Below are positions 44,872 to 53,197 of a stretch of DNA of 64,000 nucleotides, piece by piece; positions within the stretch are counted from its first letter, which is position 1, and the number at the start of each line of letters is the position of its first letter. This DNA comes from Kiritimatiellia bacterium. GTDB lineage: Bacteria > Verrucomicrobiota > Kiritimatiellia > CAIQIC01 > Lenti-01. The notes beneath the pieces are model-generated. The model did no database searches, was not told the DNA's origin, and saw nothing but the letters and a program-made list of their open reading frames with translations. The stretch covers positions 3,189 through 67,188 of the forward strand of contig JAQUJC010000006.1 of the NCBI GenBank assembly GCA_028681135.1, given 5' to 3'. The position numbers and the translations under genes were made by a program.

Positions 44872-47304
44872 ATGAAAACAATCATAATTGGCGGTGTGGC
44901 GGGCGGAGCAAGTACGGCGGCGCGCCTGCGACGGCTGGACGAGCAGGCCGAAATTATCATGATCGAGCGCGGGCCGCACATTTCCTATGCCAACTGCGGG
45001 CTGCCCTATCATTTAGGGGGCATCATTCCGGAGCGCGATTGGCTGCTGGTGATGACGCCGGAGGATTTTCGCGGACGGTTCAATGTGGATGTGCGCGTGA
45101 ATCACGAAGTCGTGTCGATTGACCGCGCAAACAAGACGGTCGTTGTTCTAAATCGGCAGGATGGTACAGAGCGCACCGACCGCTACGATAAACTGGTCAT
45201 CGCCACCGGTTCCTCGCCCATGACGTTAAACCTGCCGGGGCTGGACCTGCCGGAGGTGCTGCCGCTGTGGACGCTGCAAGACATGGACCGCATTGCCCGC
45301 AAATTGGATGCGGGCGTGAAGAGCGTCATTGTGGTGGGTGGCGGGTTTGTGGGGATGGAATTGGCGGAGAGCCTGCGGCATCGCGGGCTTGCTGTGACCC
45401 TGCTGGAAATGGGCCACCAACTGCTCCCGACCATGGATAAGGAAATGAGTTCGCTGCTGGCCGAAGAATTGCGGCTGGCGGGCATTGTGGTGGAACTGGG
45501 CGCGGCCGTGTCCGCATTCGCGCCCGCGCAAGACCATTCGGTGCAAGCCACGGTCAAGGATGGCCGGTCCTGGACCGCAGACCTAGTTGTCATGTGCGTG
45601 GGCGTGACGCCCACGTCGGGGCTGGCCCAGGCCGCGGGACTCGAGACGGGACCCAAGGGGCATATTCTGACCAATGCCCAAATGTGCACATCCGATCCAG
45701 ATATCTATGCGCTGGGCGATGTGGTGGCGGTGACGGACCCAGTGTTTGGCGGCACCACGGCCGTCCCGCTGGCCGGGCCCGCCAATCGCCAGGGGCGTAT
45801 TGTGGCCGACAACATTATGGGCCGCGAACGCAGCTATGACGGGACCTTCGGGGCCTCGGTCGTCAAGGTGGGCCGCTTGACGGCTGCCAGTTGCGGACAT
45901 ACCGAGGCACGCCTCCTGGAATTGGAAAAACCCTATCGCAAGGTCTATCTGCACCCCGGGTCCCATGCCGGGTATTATCCGGGCGCTCGCGAGCTGCATA
46001 TCAAGTTGTTATATGGCGATGACGGCAAAATCTATGGCGGACAGGTGATCGGGGCCGAGGGGGCTGACAAGCGCGCCGACGTATTGGCCACCGCCATGCG
46101 CGCCGGGATGGATGTGCGCCAGATCGCCGAACTGGAGCTGTGTTATGCCCCCCCGTTTAGCTCGGCCAAGGACCCCATCAGCGTGGCGGGCATGATTGCC
46201 ACAAATGTGCTGGATGGGACAAGCCGGGTGGTCCAGGCCGATGATCTGCCCCCTGATGCACTCTTCCTGGATGTGCGTGAACCCGCCGAAGTCGACCTGG
46301 GCGCGCTGCCGGGGGCAGTGAATATTCCCCTGCACCAGTTGCGCGCGCGCGCCTTCGAATTGCCCAAAGATCAGATGATCGTGATCTATTGCCACCAGGG
46401 CTTGCGTGGCTATGTAGCTGAACGGATTCTGCGGCAACTGGGATATGACGTGGTCAACCTGACCGGCGGCTACCAGACCTGGAAGCAGTTCCAGCCCGAG
46501 CGCTGGATGCCCACCGACGACGAGATCGCCGTATCCCTCACCGGCAGCGAAGGGGGGCCGCGCCTGGAGTCCGACGAGACCGAACCGGCGCTCGTGGTCG
46601 ATGTGAGGGGATTGCAATGTCCGGGCCCCGTGGTCCGGATCAAAAAGGAAATCGATGCCCTGGCCGCGGGCGGGATGATCAAGGTGGTGGCGGCGCCGGG
46701 CTTCACCCCGGACTTGACCAACTGGGCCAAGAGCTGCGGCCACAAGGTCATCCGGCTGACGCAGAAGGACGACCGCTTGGAAGCCGTCCTGCGCAAAGGC
46801 ACCGCCGTGGCACCGGGGGCGGCGGCCGGCACGGCGACCGCGGGCGCGCTCGTGCTGTTCAGCAACGATCTCGACAAGGCCCTGGCGGCACTAATCATCG
46901 CCACGGGTATGGCCGCGGCGGGGATGCAGGTGAGTATCTTCTTTACCTTCTGGGGGCTCAGCGTGCTACGCAAGCATCCGGGGCCGCAGGTCCGGAAATC
47001 GCTCATCAACCGCATGTTCGGCTGGATGCTGCCGCAGGGCGCCCCAAAACTCGCGCTCTCCAAAATGCACATGGCCGGCATGGGCACCGCAATGATGAAA
47101 CATGTCATGAAGCAGCAGCATGTGGCCTCGCTGCCCGACATGATTCAGAGCGCCCGACAACTGGGCGTCAAATTCATTGCCTGCGACATGGCTATGGGCG
47201 TCATGGGCATTACAGAAGAAGAACTGATCGAGGTCGACGAAGTCGCCGGTGTCGCCACCTTTATCGCCCGCGCCAAGGAAAGCGGCCCGACGCTGTTTAT
47301 CTAA
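44872..47304 (+). CDS. four-domain fusion: CoA-disulfide/persulfide reductase (FAD pyridine nucleotide-disulfide oxidoreductase) - rhodanese - TusA-like - DsrE-like
   Basis: The N-terminus MKTIIIGGVAGGASTAARL has the CoADR active Cys (SYANCGLPY). The rhodanese domain has CHQGLRG. The TusA-like domain has LQCPGP (CPxP). The C-terminal ~170 aa is DsrE-like. The start at 44872 is preferred because an AAGGAAGAGG RBS precedes it. Confidence 0.85.
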   Translation: MKTIIIGGVAGGASTAARLRRLDEQAEIIMIERGPHISYANCGLPYHLGGIIPERDWLLVMTPEDFRGRFNVDVRVNHEVVSIDRANKTVVVLNRQDGTERTDRYDKLVIATGSSPMTLNLPGLDLPEVLPLWTLQDMDRIARKLDAGVKSVIVVGGGFVGMELAESLRHRGLAVTLLEMGHQLLPTMDKEMSSLLAEELRLAGIVVELGAAVSAFAPAQDHSVQATVKDGRSWTADLVVMCVGVTPTSGLAQAAGLETGPKGHILTNAQMCTSDPDIYALGDVVAVTDPVFGGTTAVPLAGPANRQGRIVADNIMGRERSYDGTFGASVVKVGRLTAASCGHTEARLLELEKPYRKVYLHPGSHAGYYPGARELHIKLLYGDDGKIYGGQVIGAEGADKRADVLATAMRAGMDVRQIAELELCYAPPFSSAKDPISVAGMIATNVLDGTSRVVQADDLPPDALFLDVREPAEVDLGALPGAVNIPLHQLRARAFELPKDQMIVIYCHQGLRGYVAERILRQLGYDVVNLTGGYQTWKQFQPERWMPTDDEIAVSLTGSEGGPRLESDETEPALVVDVRGLQCPGPVVRIKKEIDALAAGGMIKVVAAPGFTPDLTNWAKSCGHKVIRLTQKDDRLEAVLRKGTAVAPGAAAGTATAGALVLFSNDLDKALAALIIATGMAAAGMQVSIFFTFWGLSVLRKHPGPQVRKSLINRMFGWMLPQGAPKLALSKMHMAGMGTAMMKHVMKQQHVASLPDMIQSARQLGVKFIACDMAMGVMGITEEELIEVDEVAGVATFIARAKESGPTLFI

Positions 47305-47463
47305 CGGACGATTCAACCACGGATGGATGCCGATCAGTTGAGCAGGTAGGGCGACTTGGCCCAAGTCGCCGGGATCGGAAAGTGCGGCGTGAATCCGCTG
47401 AGAGTGGGGTTGAAAAGATTTTATTAAAAAGATAGGCTCACCAGACAGAAACCGGAGGTACAC

Positions 47464-48153
47464 ATGAAGATCATTGGAAGATGGACAATCGGGATATTGG
47501 TTCTGGGGCTGACATCGCTGGCGTGGGCTCAGGTGCCTGTCCCCGCGCTGCAATTCGAGCCGTTGCCCTACGCGTTTGACGCGCTGGAGCCCTTCATTGA
47601 TGCCTGGACCCTCGAGGTCCATTATGGCAAGCACCACCAAGGCTATTTCAATAAGCTGGTCGCGGCCGTGGCGGGCACAGACCTCGAAGGCCAGTCGCCA
47701 GAGGCCTATTTCGGGCGCATCAGTCAGTATCCCGACGCGGTACTTAACAATGCCGGCGGGCATTGGAATCATACCTTGTTCTGGAGGGTGATGTCGCCGG
47801 ATGGCGGGGGCATCCCTGAGGGCGACCTGGCGGCGGCGATCGATGCGGCCTTCGGATCCTTTGACGCATTCAAAAAGGAATTCAACCAGGCGGCGGCCAC
47901 ACGTTTTGCCAGTGGCTGGGCTTGGCTGTCCGTGGCGGAAGATGGCTCGCTGTTTGTGTCGTCCACTCCCAACCAGATCAACCCGCTGATGGATGTGGCC
48001 GCGCAGCGCGGGACGCCGATCCTGACCCTGGATGTCTGGGAACACGCCTATTACCTGAAGTATCAGAACTTGCGCGGCAGCTTTATCGAGGCCTTTTGGA
48101 ATATCATCAACTGGCCCGAGGTGGCCGCGCGCTACGCGGCGGCCAAGCCGTAG
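47464..48153 (+). CDS. sodB: Fe/Mn superoxide dismutase with N-terminal signal peptide (periplasmic/exported)
   Basis: The metal ligands and the DVWEHAYYL motif are present. HHQGYFNKL and AGGHWNH match the SOD family. The N-terminus MKIIGRWTIGILVLGLTSLAWAQ looks like a signal peptide. Confidence 0.9.
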   Translation: MKIIGRWTIGILVLGLTSLAWAQVPVPALQFEPLPYAFDALEPFIDAWTLEVHYGKHHQGYFNKLVAAVAGTDLEGQSPEAYFGRISQYPDAVLNNAGGHWNHTLFWRVMSPDGGGIPEGDLAAAIDAAFGSFDAFKKEFNQAAATRFASGWAWLSVAEDGSLFVSSTPNQINPLMDVAAQRGTPILTLDVWEHAYYLKYQNLRGSFIEAFWNIINWPEVAARYAAAKP

Positions 48154-48288
48154 CTGGCGGTGACCTGATTCACCCGTGGGGCAAGCCCACGGGGGTCTGG
48201 ACCCCTGCGGGCTTTTAGCGGTGGGGGGGGGCTCGCTTAGCGCTGACCCCTGCGGGCTTGTCCCGCAGGTGAAAAAGATCTGTGTTGG

Positions 48289-49011
48289 TTAACGGTGGGG
48301 GGGGAAGTCGAGATAGAGGACGTCGGGGGTTGCGCACCAACCGCGGATGACTTGTAGATTGGCAAAGACGCGGATACAAAACGAGCGGATGGCGGCGGCG
48401 TCGAGAGGGGCATAGCGCGAGCGGGGGCGGGCCTTTTTTCGGCGGCGGGGGGAGGGGGCGAAGCCCACCGCGTAGAGACCGCGAAGCCCAAGCAGGCCGC
48501 GCCCGGCGGTGTCGTCCCACGCGGGCGCCAGTTGTTCGAGCAGCGCACGCAGGCCGGGCAGCAGCGTGATTTCCAACCAGCCGGCTTGCTCCTGGCGGAT
48601 GCGACGGAAGTCGAGGGTCCACAGAATTTTTCCTTCGGCGGTGATGGTGCGTGCGGGGCGCACGAGGCGGGAGGCGAAGAGCTGCCATACGAGCAGCGGG
48701 ACCGGCCCGGGCCAGACGTCGGGATCGAAGACCGGGAGCGGTTCCTGACCGGGCAGATGTTCCTCTACCCAGCGCGCAGCGGCCTGGTCCTGATGCAGGG
48801 TGCGCAGCGCGCGGTAGATCAGTAGGTGGAGGTAGTCGTCGGGCAGGGGGGGGGCCAGGTGCTGGTCGGCGAGATAGGTGATGACGGCGGACGATACGGC
48901 TTCGGCGGCGGCGGGGTCCAGTGGCGACGTTTTTTCCGTGGCGTGCAGCAGGGCTTCAAGGTGCTCGCGCAGGATGGCGCGAGTGGTGGCGCTGGTGGGC
49001 AGGGGAATCAT
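48289..49011 (-). CDS. hypothetical protein (Ala/Leu-rich, no recognised motif)
   Basis: This is a 240-aa ORF that begins MIPLPTSATTRAIL. I rejected the track extension to 49116 because it would translate the palindromic array. Confidence 0.45.
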   Translation of the reverse strand: MIPLPTSATTRAILREHLEALLHATEKTSPLDPAAAEAVSSAVITYLADQHLAPPLPDDYLHLLIYRALRTLHQDQAAARWVEEHLPGQEPLPVFDPDVWPGPVPLLVWQLFASRLVRPARTITAEGKILWTLDFRRIRQEQAGWLEITLLPGLRALLEQLAPAWDDTAGRGLLGLRGLYAVGFAPSPRRRKKARPRSRYAPLDAAAIRSFCIRVFANLQVIRGWCATPDVLYLDFPPHR

Positions 49012-49035
49012 GGGGACGCCTGAAGGGTGAAGGTT

Positions 49036-49155
49036 TTCCACAGTGTGGAAGAAAAGTTTCCACAGTGTGGAAAAACGGGGCGGATTTTTCCACGGTATGG
49101 AAAAGTGGTGGGCCAATCTTCCACGCTATGGAAAATAGTTTTCCACAGTGTGGAA
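49036..49155. promoter_or_regulatory. array of five 15-bp palindromic sites TTCCAC-N3-GTGGAA (3 perfect TTCCACAGTGTGGAA, 2 variants) at alternating 22/30-31 bp spacing
   Basis: The copies lie at 49036-49050, 49058-49072, 49088-49102, 49119-49133 and 49141-49155. All five therefore fall on one DNA face at ~2 and ~3 helical-turn steps. The array sits between the nrdR stop and the start of the 48289-49011 gene. Confidence 0.55.
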
Positions 49156-49203
49156 AACAGCGGTGGGACAACAGGCTGCGGCAGGCCGCGGGAGGGGGGG
49201 GGG

Positions 49204-49659
49204 TCATTGACGGCCGATGAGATTTTCGATCTCGGAGAGAAATTGCGAGGCATTGCGAAAGCGACGGTAGACGGAGGCAAAGCGCAGAAAGGCGACTTCA
49301 TCGAGCTTTTCAAGCTTGTCGAGGGCCTTGCGGCCAATGACGGTCGAGGGCACTTCCCGAGCATATTCGGCGTCCAGTTCATGCGCGACTTCATCCGCGA
49401 TCTGGTCGAGCTGAGGATCGGAAATAGGGCGTTTGATAACCGCTAATACGAGGGAGTGGCGGAGCTTGGCGCGGTCGAAGTCCTCGCGGCGGCCGTCGCG
49501 TTTCAAGACAATCAGGCTGGACTTGATGACTTCTTCATAGGTGCTGAAACGGTGGCCGCAGTGGGTGCAGACCCGGCGGCGGCGAATGACGGCCCCGTTG
49601 CGAATCGCACGGGAATCCACCACTTTGTCATCGGAATGAGCACACTTGGGACAACGCAT
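49204..49659 (-). CDS. nrdR: transcriptional repressor NrdR
   Basis: The N-terminus MRCPKC....DSR has a zinc ribbon (CPKC...CTHCGHRF) followed by an ATP-cone domain. Its 151 aa length is typical. Confidence 0.9.
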   Translation of the reverse strand: MRCPKCAHSDDKVVDSRAIRNGAVIRRRRVCTHCGHRFSTYEEVIKSSLIVLKRDGRREDFDRAKLRHSLVLAVIKRPISDPQLDQIADEVAHELDAEYAREVPSTVIGRKALDKLEKLDEVAFLRFASVYRRFRNASQFLSEIENLIGRQ

Positions 49660-49779
49660 GAAACCTAGTCTGTGCGGGGGGGGTGGGGGTTGTCAAGTGC
49701 GGAGGGGGGGCGGGGGGCGGCGGAACACACATCGGCGGTGTACATTCCGCTGCGCTTGCATTTTTTTGATGAGCTTGAA

Positions 49780-50607
49780 ATGATGGCGACCATGAATGAA
49801 CGCGATGACCATGGCATGCAAATTTACCTGCGCGAAATTGGCCAGGTGGATTTGTTGACCCCGGAGGAGGAGGTCAAGCTGGCCCGACGGATTAAGCGGG
49901 GCGACGAGGCCGCGCGTCAAAAAATGATCAGTGCCAATTTGCGCCTGGTGGTGAAGATTGCCGGGGATTATGCCCGGTTGGGTCTGCCATTGCTGGACCT
50001 GATCTCGGAGGGCAACTTGGGGCTGATGAAGGCCGTGGACCGCTTTGACCCGAAAAAGGGCGGCAAGCTGAGCACGTATGCGGCGTGGTGGATCAAGCAA
50101 GGGATCCGGCGGGCACTGGCCAACCAGAGTAAGACGATCCGGCTGCCGTCGCATATGGTCGATAAACTCTTTCGGATGCGCCGAGTACAGGAGGCCTTGA
50201 TCCACGAACTGGGACGGGCGCCCACCACAAGCGAATTGGCAAAGCAGCTCGAGGTGCCGGTGAAAACGGTCAAGTATTGGCAGGAGGTCTCGCAGCGGCC
50301 AACCTCGCTGGATATCCCGCTGGGCGAGGACGGACGCGAAAGCCTGGGCGATACCATCGGCGACACCAAAGCGCGGTCGCCATTTGATGAACTCAATGAC
50401 CAGCAACTGACCGAAGAGGTGGCGCAGCATATTCATAAACTGGGTGAGCGTGAACAGTTGATCTTGAAACGGCGCTTTGGCCTCGATGGGGTCGAACCGG
50501 AGTCGCTCGAAGAAGTCGGGGTGCGATTGGGCGTGACCCGTGAACGAATTCGCCAACTGCAAAATCAGGCGTTGGCCACCCTCCGGCAGAAAATGCTCGA
50601 TGAGTAG
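49780..50607 (+). CDS. RNA polymerase sigma-70 family factor, compact RpoD/SigA-like (regions 1.2, 2, 3, 4)
   Basis: Region 2 reads DLISEGNLGLMKAVDRFDPKKGGKLSTYAAWWIKQGIRRA. Region 3 begins TIRLPSHMVDKL. Region 4 reads LEEVGVRLGVTRERIRQLQNQAL. No RpoH box is present. Confidence 0.9.
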   Translation: MMATMNERDDHGMQIYLREIGQVDLLTPEEEVKLARRIKRGDEAARQKMISANLRLVVKIAGDYARLGLPLLDLISEGNLGLMKAVDRFDPKKGGKLSTYAAWWIKQGIRRALANQSKTIRLPSHMVDKLFRMRRVQEALIHELGRAPTTSELAKQLEVPVKTVKYWQEVSQRPTSLDIPLGEDGRESLGDTIGDTKARSPFDELNDQQLTEEVAQHIHKLGEREQLILKRRFGLDGVEPESLEEVGVRLGVTRERIRQLQNQALATLRQKMLDE

Positions 50608-50665
50608 CGCACGGGCCCCGACGGGCGTGCGCACGATAGCAACATAACCCTCCAAGGAGACGACG

Positions 50666-51037
50666 ATGGCAGATGAGGCAGGCAAGGATATCCAGATGGA
50701 TGCGACACATGTGTATCGCGAGGAAACGTATACCGATCTCAAGACCGGTTCGTTGCGCAAAATGGTGCCGGTGACGGCGGAGGGAGAACTGGACCCGACG
50801 CGCGACCCCATTTATACAGCGGTGGCGCAAGTGATGACGCCTGGCGGTGTGTTGCCCCTGAGCAGCGAAATCCCCGGTGCCAAAACCATGGCCGAAGCGA
50901 TGGCGGGGTTCCCGGCGGCCATCAAAAAGGCGTTGGCCGATTTGCGTACGGAAATGGAAACGATGCAGCGCGAACGAGCCTCGCAAATCGTGGTGCCGGG
51001 ACGTAACGAAACGCCCCCGGATTTGTTGGCGCGCTGA
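50666..51037 (+). CDS. hypothetical acidic protein immediately downstream of the sigma factor gene
   Basis: It is a 123-aa ORF with a GGAG RBS and no recognisable domain. Confidence 0.4.
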   Translation: MADEAGKDIQMDATHVYREETYTDLKTGSLRKMVPVTAEGELDPTRDPIYTAVAQVMTPGGVLPLSSEIPGAKTMAEAMAGFPAAIKKALADLRTEMETMQRERASQIVVPGRNETPPDLLAR

Positions 51038-51124
51038 GGCGGGGGACGCCGACACAAGGGGGGGGGCAGCGTCAAGTCAAGGGCAACCGAAAGAAATGAC
51101 GTGGGGTGATCGGCATGATGGTTA

Positions 51125-51268
51125 ATTAATCATCATGTGATGTTTGCCGGGGGGTGTTTTTTGGCGCCTATTTCGTATTCACTCTGATATCAATGATTTA
51201 AGGAGTGGTTGTGATAATATTTCCTTCTAAACTGCATGATGATTAATTAACTATCATGCGATTTTTGT
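51125..51268. repeat. AT-rich direct repeat pair, each copy a ~24-bp palindrome CATGATG-(G/A)TTAATTAA-(T/CT)-ATCATG followed by G-TTTG-CGGG
   Basis: Copy A is at 51125-51164 and copy B at 51245-51285. Both sit in a local AT-rich island upstream of fmt in an otherwise GC-rich region. Confidence 0.6.
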
Positions 51269-51385
51269 CGGGCAGATGAGAGGAACGGAGTTGCGGTGGC
51301 CGAGCCGGAGGATTGTAGATGGGGGGGGGGGGCGGATCCGACCGGAACAGCCCCCGGCCACCCCCGGCCATCTAGCATCTTGACG

Positions 51386-52360
51386 ATGGGAGCAGGGGAG
51401 CCTAGCGTGGGAGCTGTGAAAAAATTGAACCTTATTCTAATGGGATCGGGGGCGCTGGCGTGTCCGCTGCTGGAGGCTGTTTTGGCGGCGGGACACGACG
51501 ATCTGATGGCGGTGGTGACGCAGCCGGATCGGGCGGCAGGGCGAGGGTTGCAGTGTAGGGCGTGCGCGTTGAAAGCGCTGGCGGAGTCGCACGGCTTGCC
51601 GGTGCTGACGCCGGAGCGGGCGAGTGATCCGACGGTTGTGGCCGGGCTGGCCGCGCTGGCTCCGGATGTGGTGGTGGTGGCCAGCTATGGGCAGTTTTTG
51701 AAGCCGAACCTGCTGGCAGTGCCGACGCTGGGGACGGTGAATGTGCATCCGTCGCTGCTGCCCATCTATCGGGGGGCGAGCCCGATCCAGTGGGCCTTGG
51801 CCAATGGCGACACCGAAACGGGGGTGAGTGTGCTCTACGTGACGCCTCGAATGGATGCCGGGGATATCCTGGCGCAGGAGCGGATGGCCATCGGGCCGGA
51901 GGAGACCTTCTGCACCTTGGAGCCCAAACTGGCGGACTTGGGCGCGACGTTGCTGCTGCGGGTGCTGGATGAGTTTCGGGCCGGGCGGACGCAGGGGGTG
52001 CCGCAGGAGGAGGATCAGGCAACGCTTGCACGCAAATTGGTGAAGGTGGATGGGCGGGTCGATTGGCGGTTGCCGGCACGGGCGATCCTGAATCGCTGGC
52101 GAGGGTTTGCGCCGTGGCCGGGTGCCTATACGTTTTTGCCCGGTGGCGTATTGTTGAAGATTCATGGCTTACAGGTTGAGGCGGGTGTGGACGGTGCTGT
52201 GCCTGGCACCGTGCTGGAGGCGCAGGGGGAGGGGCCACTGATGGCGGCGGGGGCGGGGGCGGTGCGGCTGGTCGAAGTACAACCGGCGGGGAAAAAGGCC
52301 ATGTCGGGCGCGGCGTTTTTACGCGGGCATCGCTTGGCGGTGGGGATGAAGCTGGGCTGA
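51386..52360 (+). CDS. fmt: methionyl-tRNA formyltransferase
   Basis: The formyltransferase N-domain has HPSLLPIYRG (SLLP motif), and ASYGQFL is present. The C-terminal domain is also present. The start is uncertain: the alternatives are the Met at 51386, or a GTG near 51419 giving VKKLNLILMGSGA. Confidence 0.8.
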   Translation: MGAGEPSVGAVKKLNLILMGSGALACPLLEAVLAAGHDDLMAVVTQPDRAAGRGLQCRACALKALAESHGLPVLTPERASDPTVVAGLAALAPDVVVVASYGQFLKPNLLAVPTLGTVNVHPSLLPIYRGASPIQWALANGDTETGVSVLYVTPRMDAGDILAQERMAIGPEETFCTLEPKLADLGATLLLRVLDEFRAGRTQGVPQEEDQATLARKLVKVDGRVDWRLPARAILNRWRGFAPWPGAYTFLPGGVLLKIHGLQVEAGVDGAVPGTVLEAQGEGPLMAAGAGAVRLVEVQPAGKKAMSGAAFLRGHRLAVGMKLG

Positions 52361-52477
52361 CGGGGCGGAGGGCGCTGGCCGCAGGACACAAGGGGGGGTA
52401 TAGGCTTTGACGGCGGGAGGGGCGGCAGGTTATAGTCCTTCTTTATCCGGTGGATGCCGGGGTAGAAGGGATTGTGT

Positions 52478-53107
52478 ATGAGTTGGAATTGGCTATTGGA
52501 AGCAATGGGGTATACGGCGTCGGTGATCATCTTGGTCTCGATGCTGATGACCAATGTCTATCGCCTGCGTCAAATCAACTTGGTCGGGGCGCTGTTGTTT
52601 GCGCTCTATGGCTATATCATTCAGGCGTGGCCGGTGGTGGCCATGAACCTGATGATTGCAATGGTGGATATCTGGATTCTGCTGCAGATGATGCGCTATT
52701 ATGCCTATTTCGACCTGGCACCGGCCTCGAGCATCGGTACCGATTATCTCCGGCGTTTTTTTCTGTTTCACGAGCGTGAATTGATGAAGTATTCGCCCGG
52801 TCTGACATTTGACGAGCTGGTAGAGGCGCAGACGAATATCCTGTTTCGTAATATGCAGCCGGTGGGCCTCTTTTCGTATCGGCAAAATGGTGAAGACGCA
52901 GAAATCCTGATTGATTTCTTGATTGCGCAATATCGCGACAACAAAGCGGGGCGCTATCTGTACAAGACCAAGCGGATGTATTTCAAGGAGCTGGGGATTA
53001 AACAGTTCCGCGCGACGGCTCAGCATCCGACACAATCAAAGTATTTTCTTCGCAACGGATTTGTGCGCGACGGAGAGCGGCCGGATGGGTTCGTGAACGA
53101 GTTGTGA
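52478..53107 (+). CDS. hypothetical membrane protein (3 N-terminal TM helices + soluble domain); locally lower GC
   Basis: The N-terminal ~75 aa is hydrophobic (LLEAMGYTASVIILVSMLMT..., LVGALLFALYGYIIQAWPVVAMNLMIAMVDIWILL). The gene is visibly AT-richer (~50% GC) than its surroundings. Confidence 0.5.
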   Translation: MSWNWLLEAMGYTASVIILVSMLMTNVYRLRQINLVGALLFALYGYIIQAWPVVAMNLMIAMVDIWILLQMMRYYAYFDLAPASSIGTDYLRRFFLFHERELMKYSPGLTFDELVEAQTNILFRNMQPVGLFSYRQNGEDAEILIDFLIAQYRDNKAGRYLYKTKRMYFKELGIKQFRATAQHPTQSKYFLRNGFVRDGERPDGFVNEL

Positions 53108-53197
53108 GTCCAGACTGCCGAATGCGGTCGGCTGCCGAAGCGTGCGCGGATCATTTACGCCGTTTTCTTTCGGCCTGAGATGGGATAACCTGGTGGC

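Noticed and set aside
47340-47370. A perfect 10-bp stem (ggcgacttgg/ccaagtcgcc) after the CoADR fusion gene, and similar hairpins after sodB (48165-48187, 48245-48270), considered as intrinsic terminators.
   Set aside because: None is followed by a U-tract on the relevant strand. They may be structural, REP-like or Rho-dependent elements, but cannot be called terminators from sequence alone.
48289-49116. The track ORF extends the hypothetical protein to 49116, giving the N-terminus MAHHFSIPWKNPPRFSTLWKLFFHTVEN.
   Set aside because: The extension is a translation of the five-copy DNA palindrome array. The periodic peptide mirrors the DNA repeat, so I moved the start to the Met at 49011.
49036-49155. 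Considered whether the palindrome array is a set of NrdR boxes, given the adjacent nrdR.
   Set aside because: The NrdR box is a 16-bp AT-rich palindrome (acaCwAtATaTwGtgt-like). The sites here are 15 bp with TTCCAC/GTGGAA arms and do not match.
51296-51385. An upstream extension of fmt that reads through the G12 tract (MAEPEDCRWGGGADPTG...).
   Set aside because: It has no homology to Fmt N-termini, which begin with the Gly-rich (M/V)..(I/V)FMG... motif. The G12 tract is more plausibly 5'-UTR.
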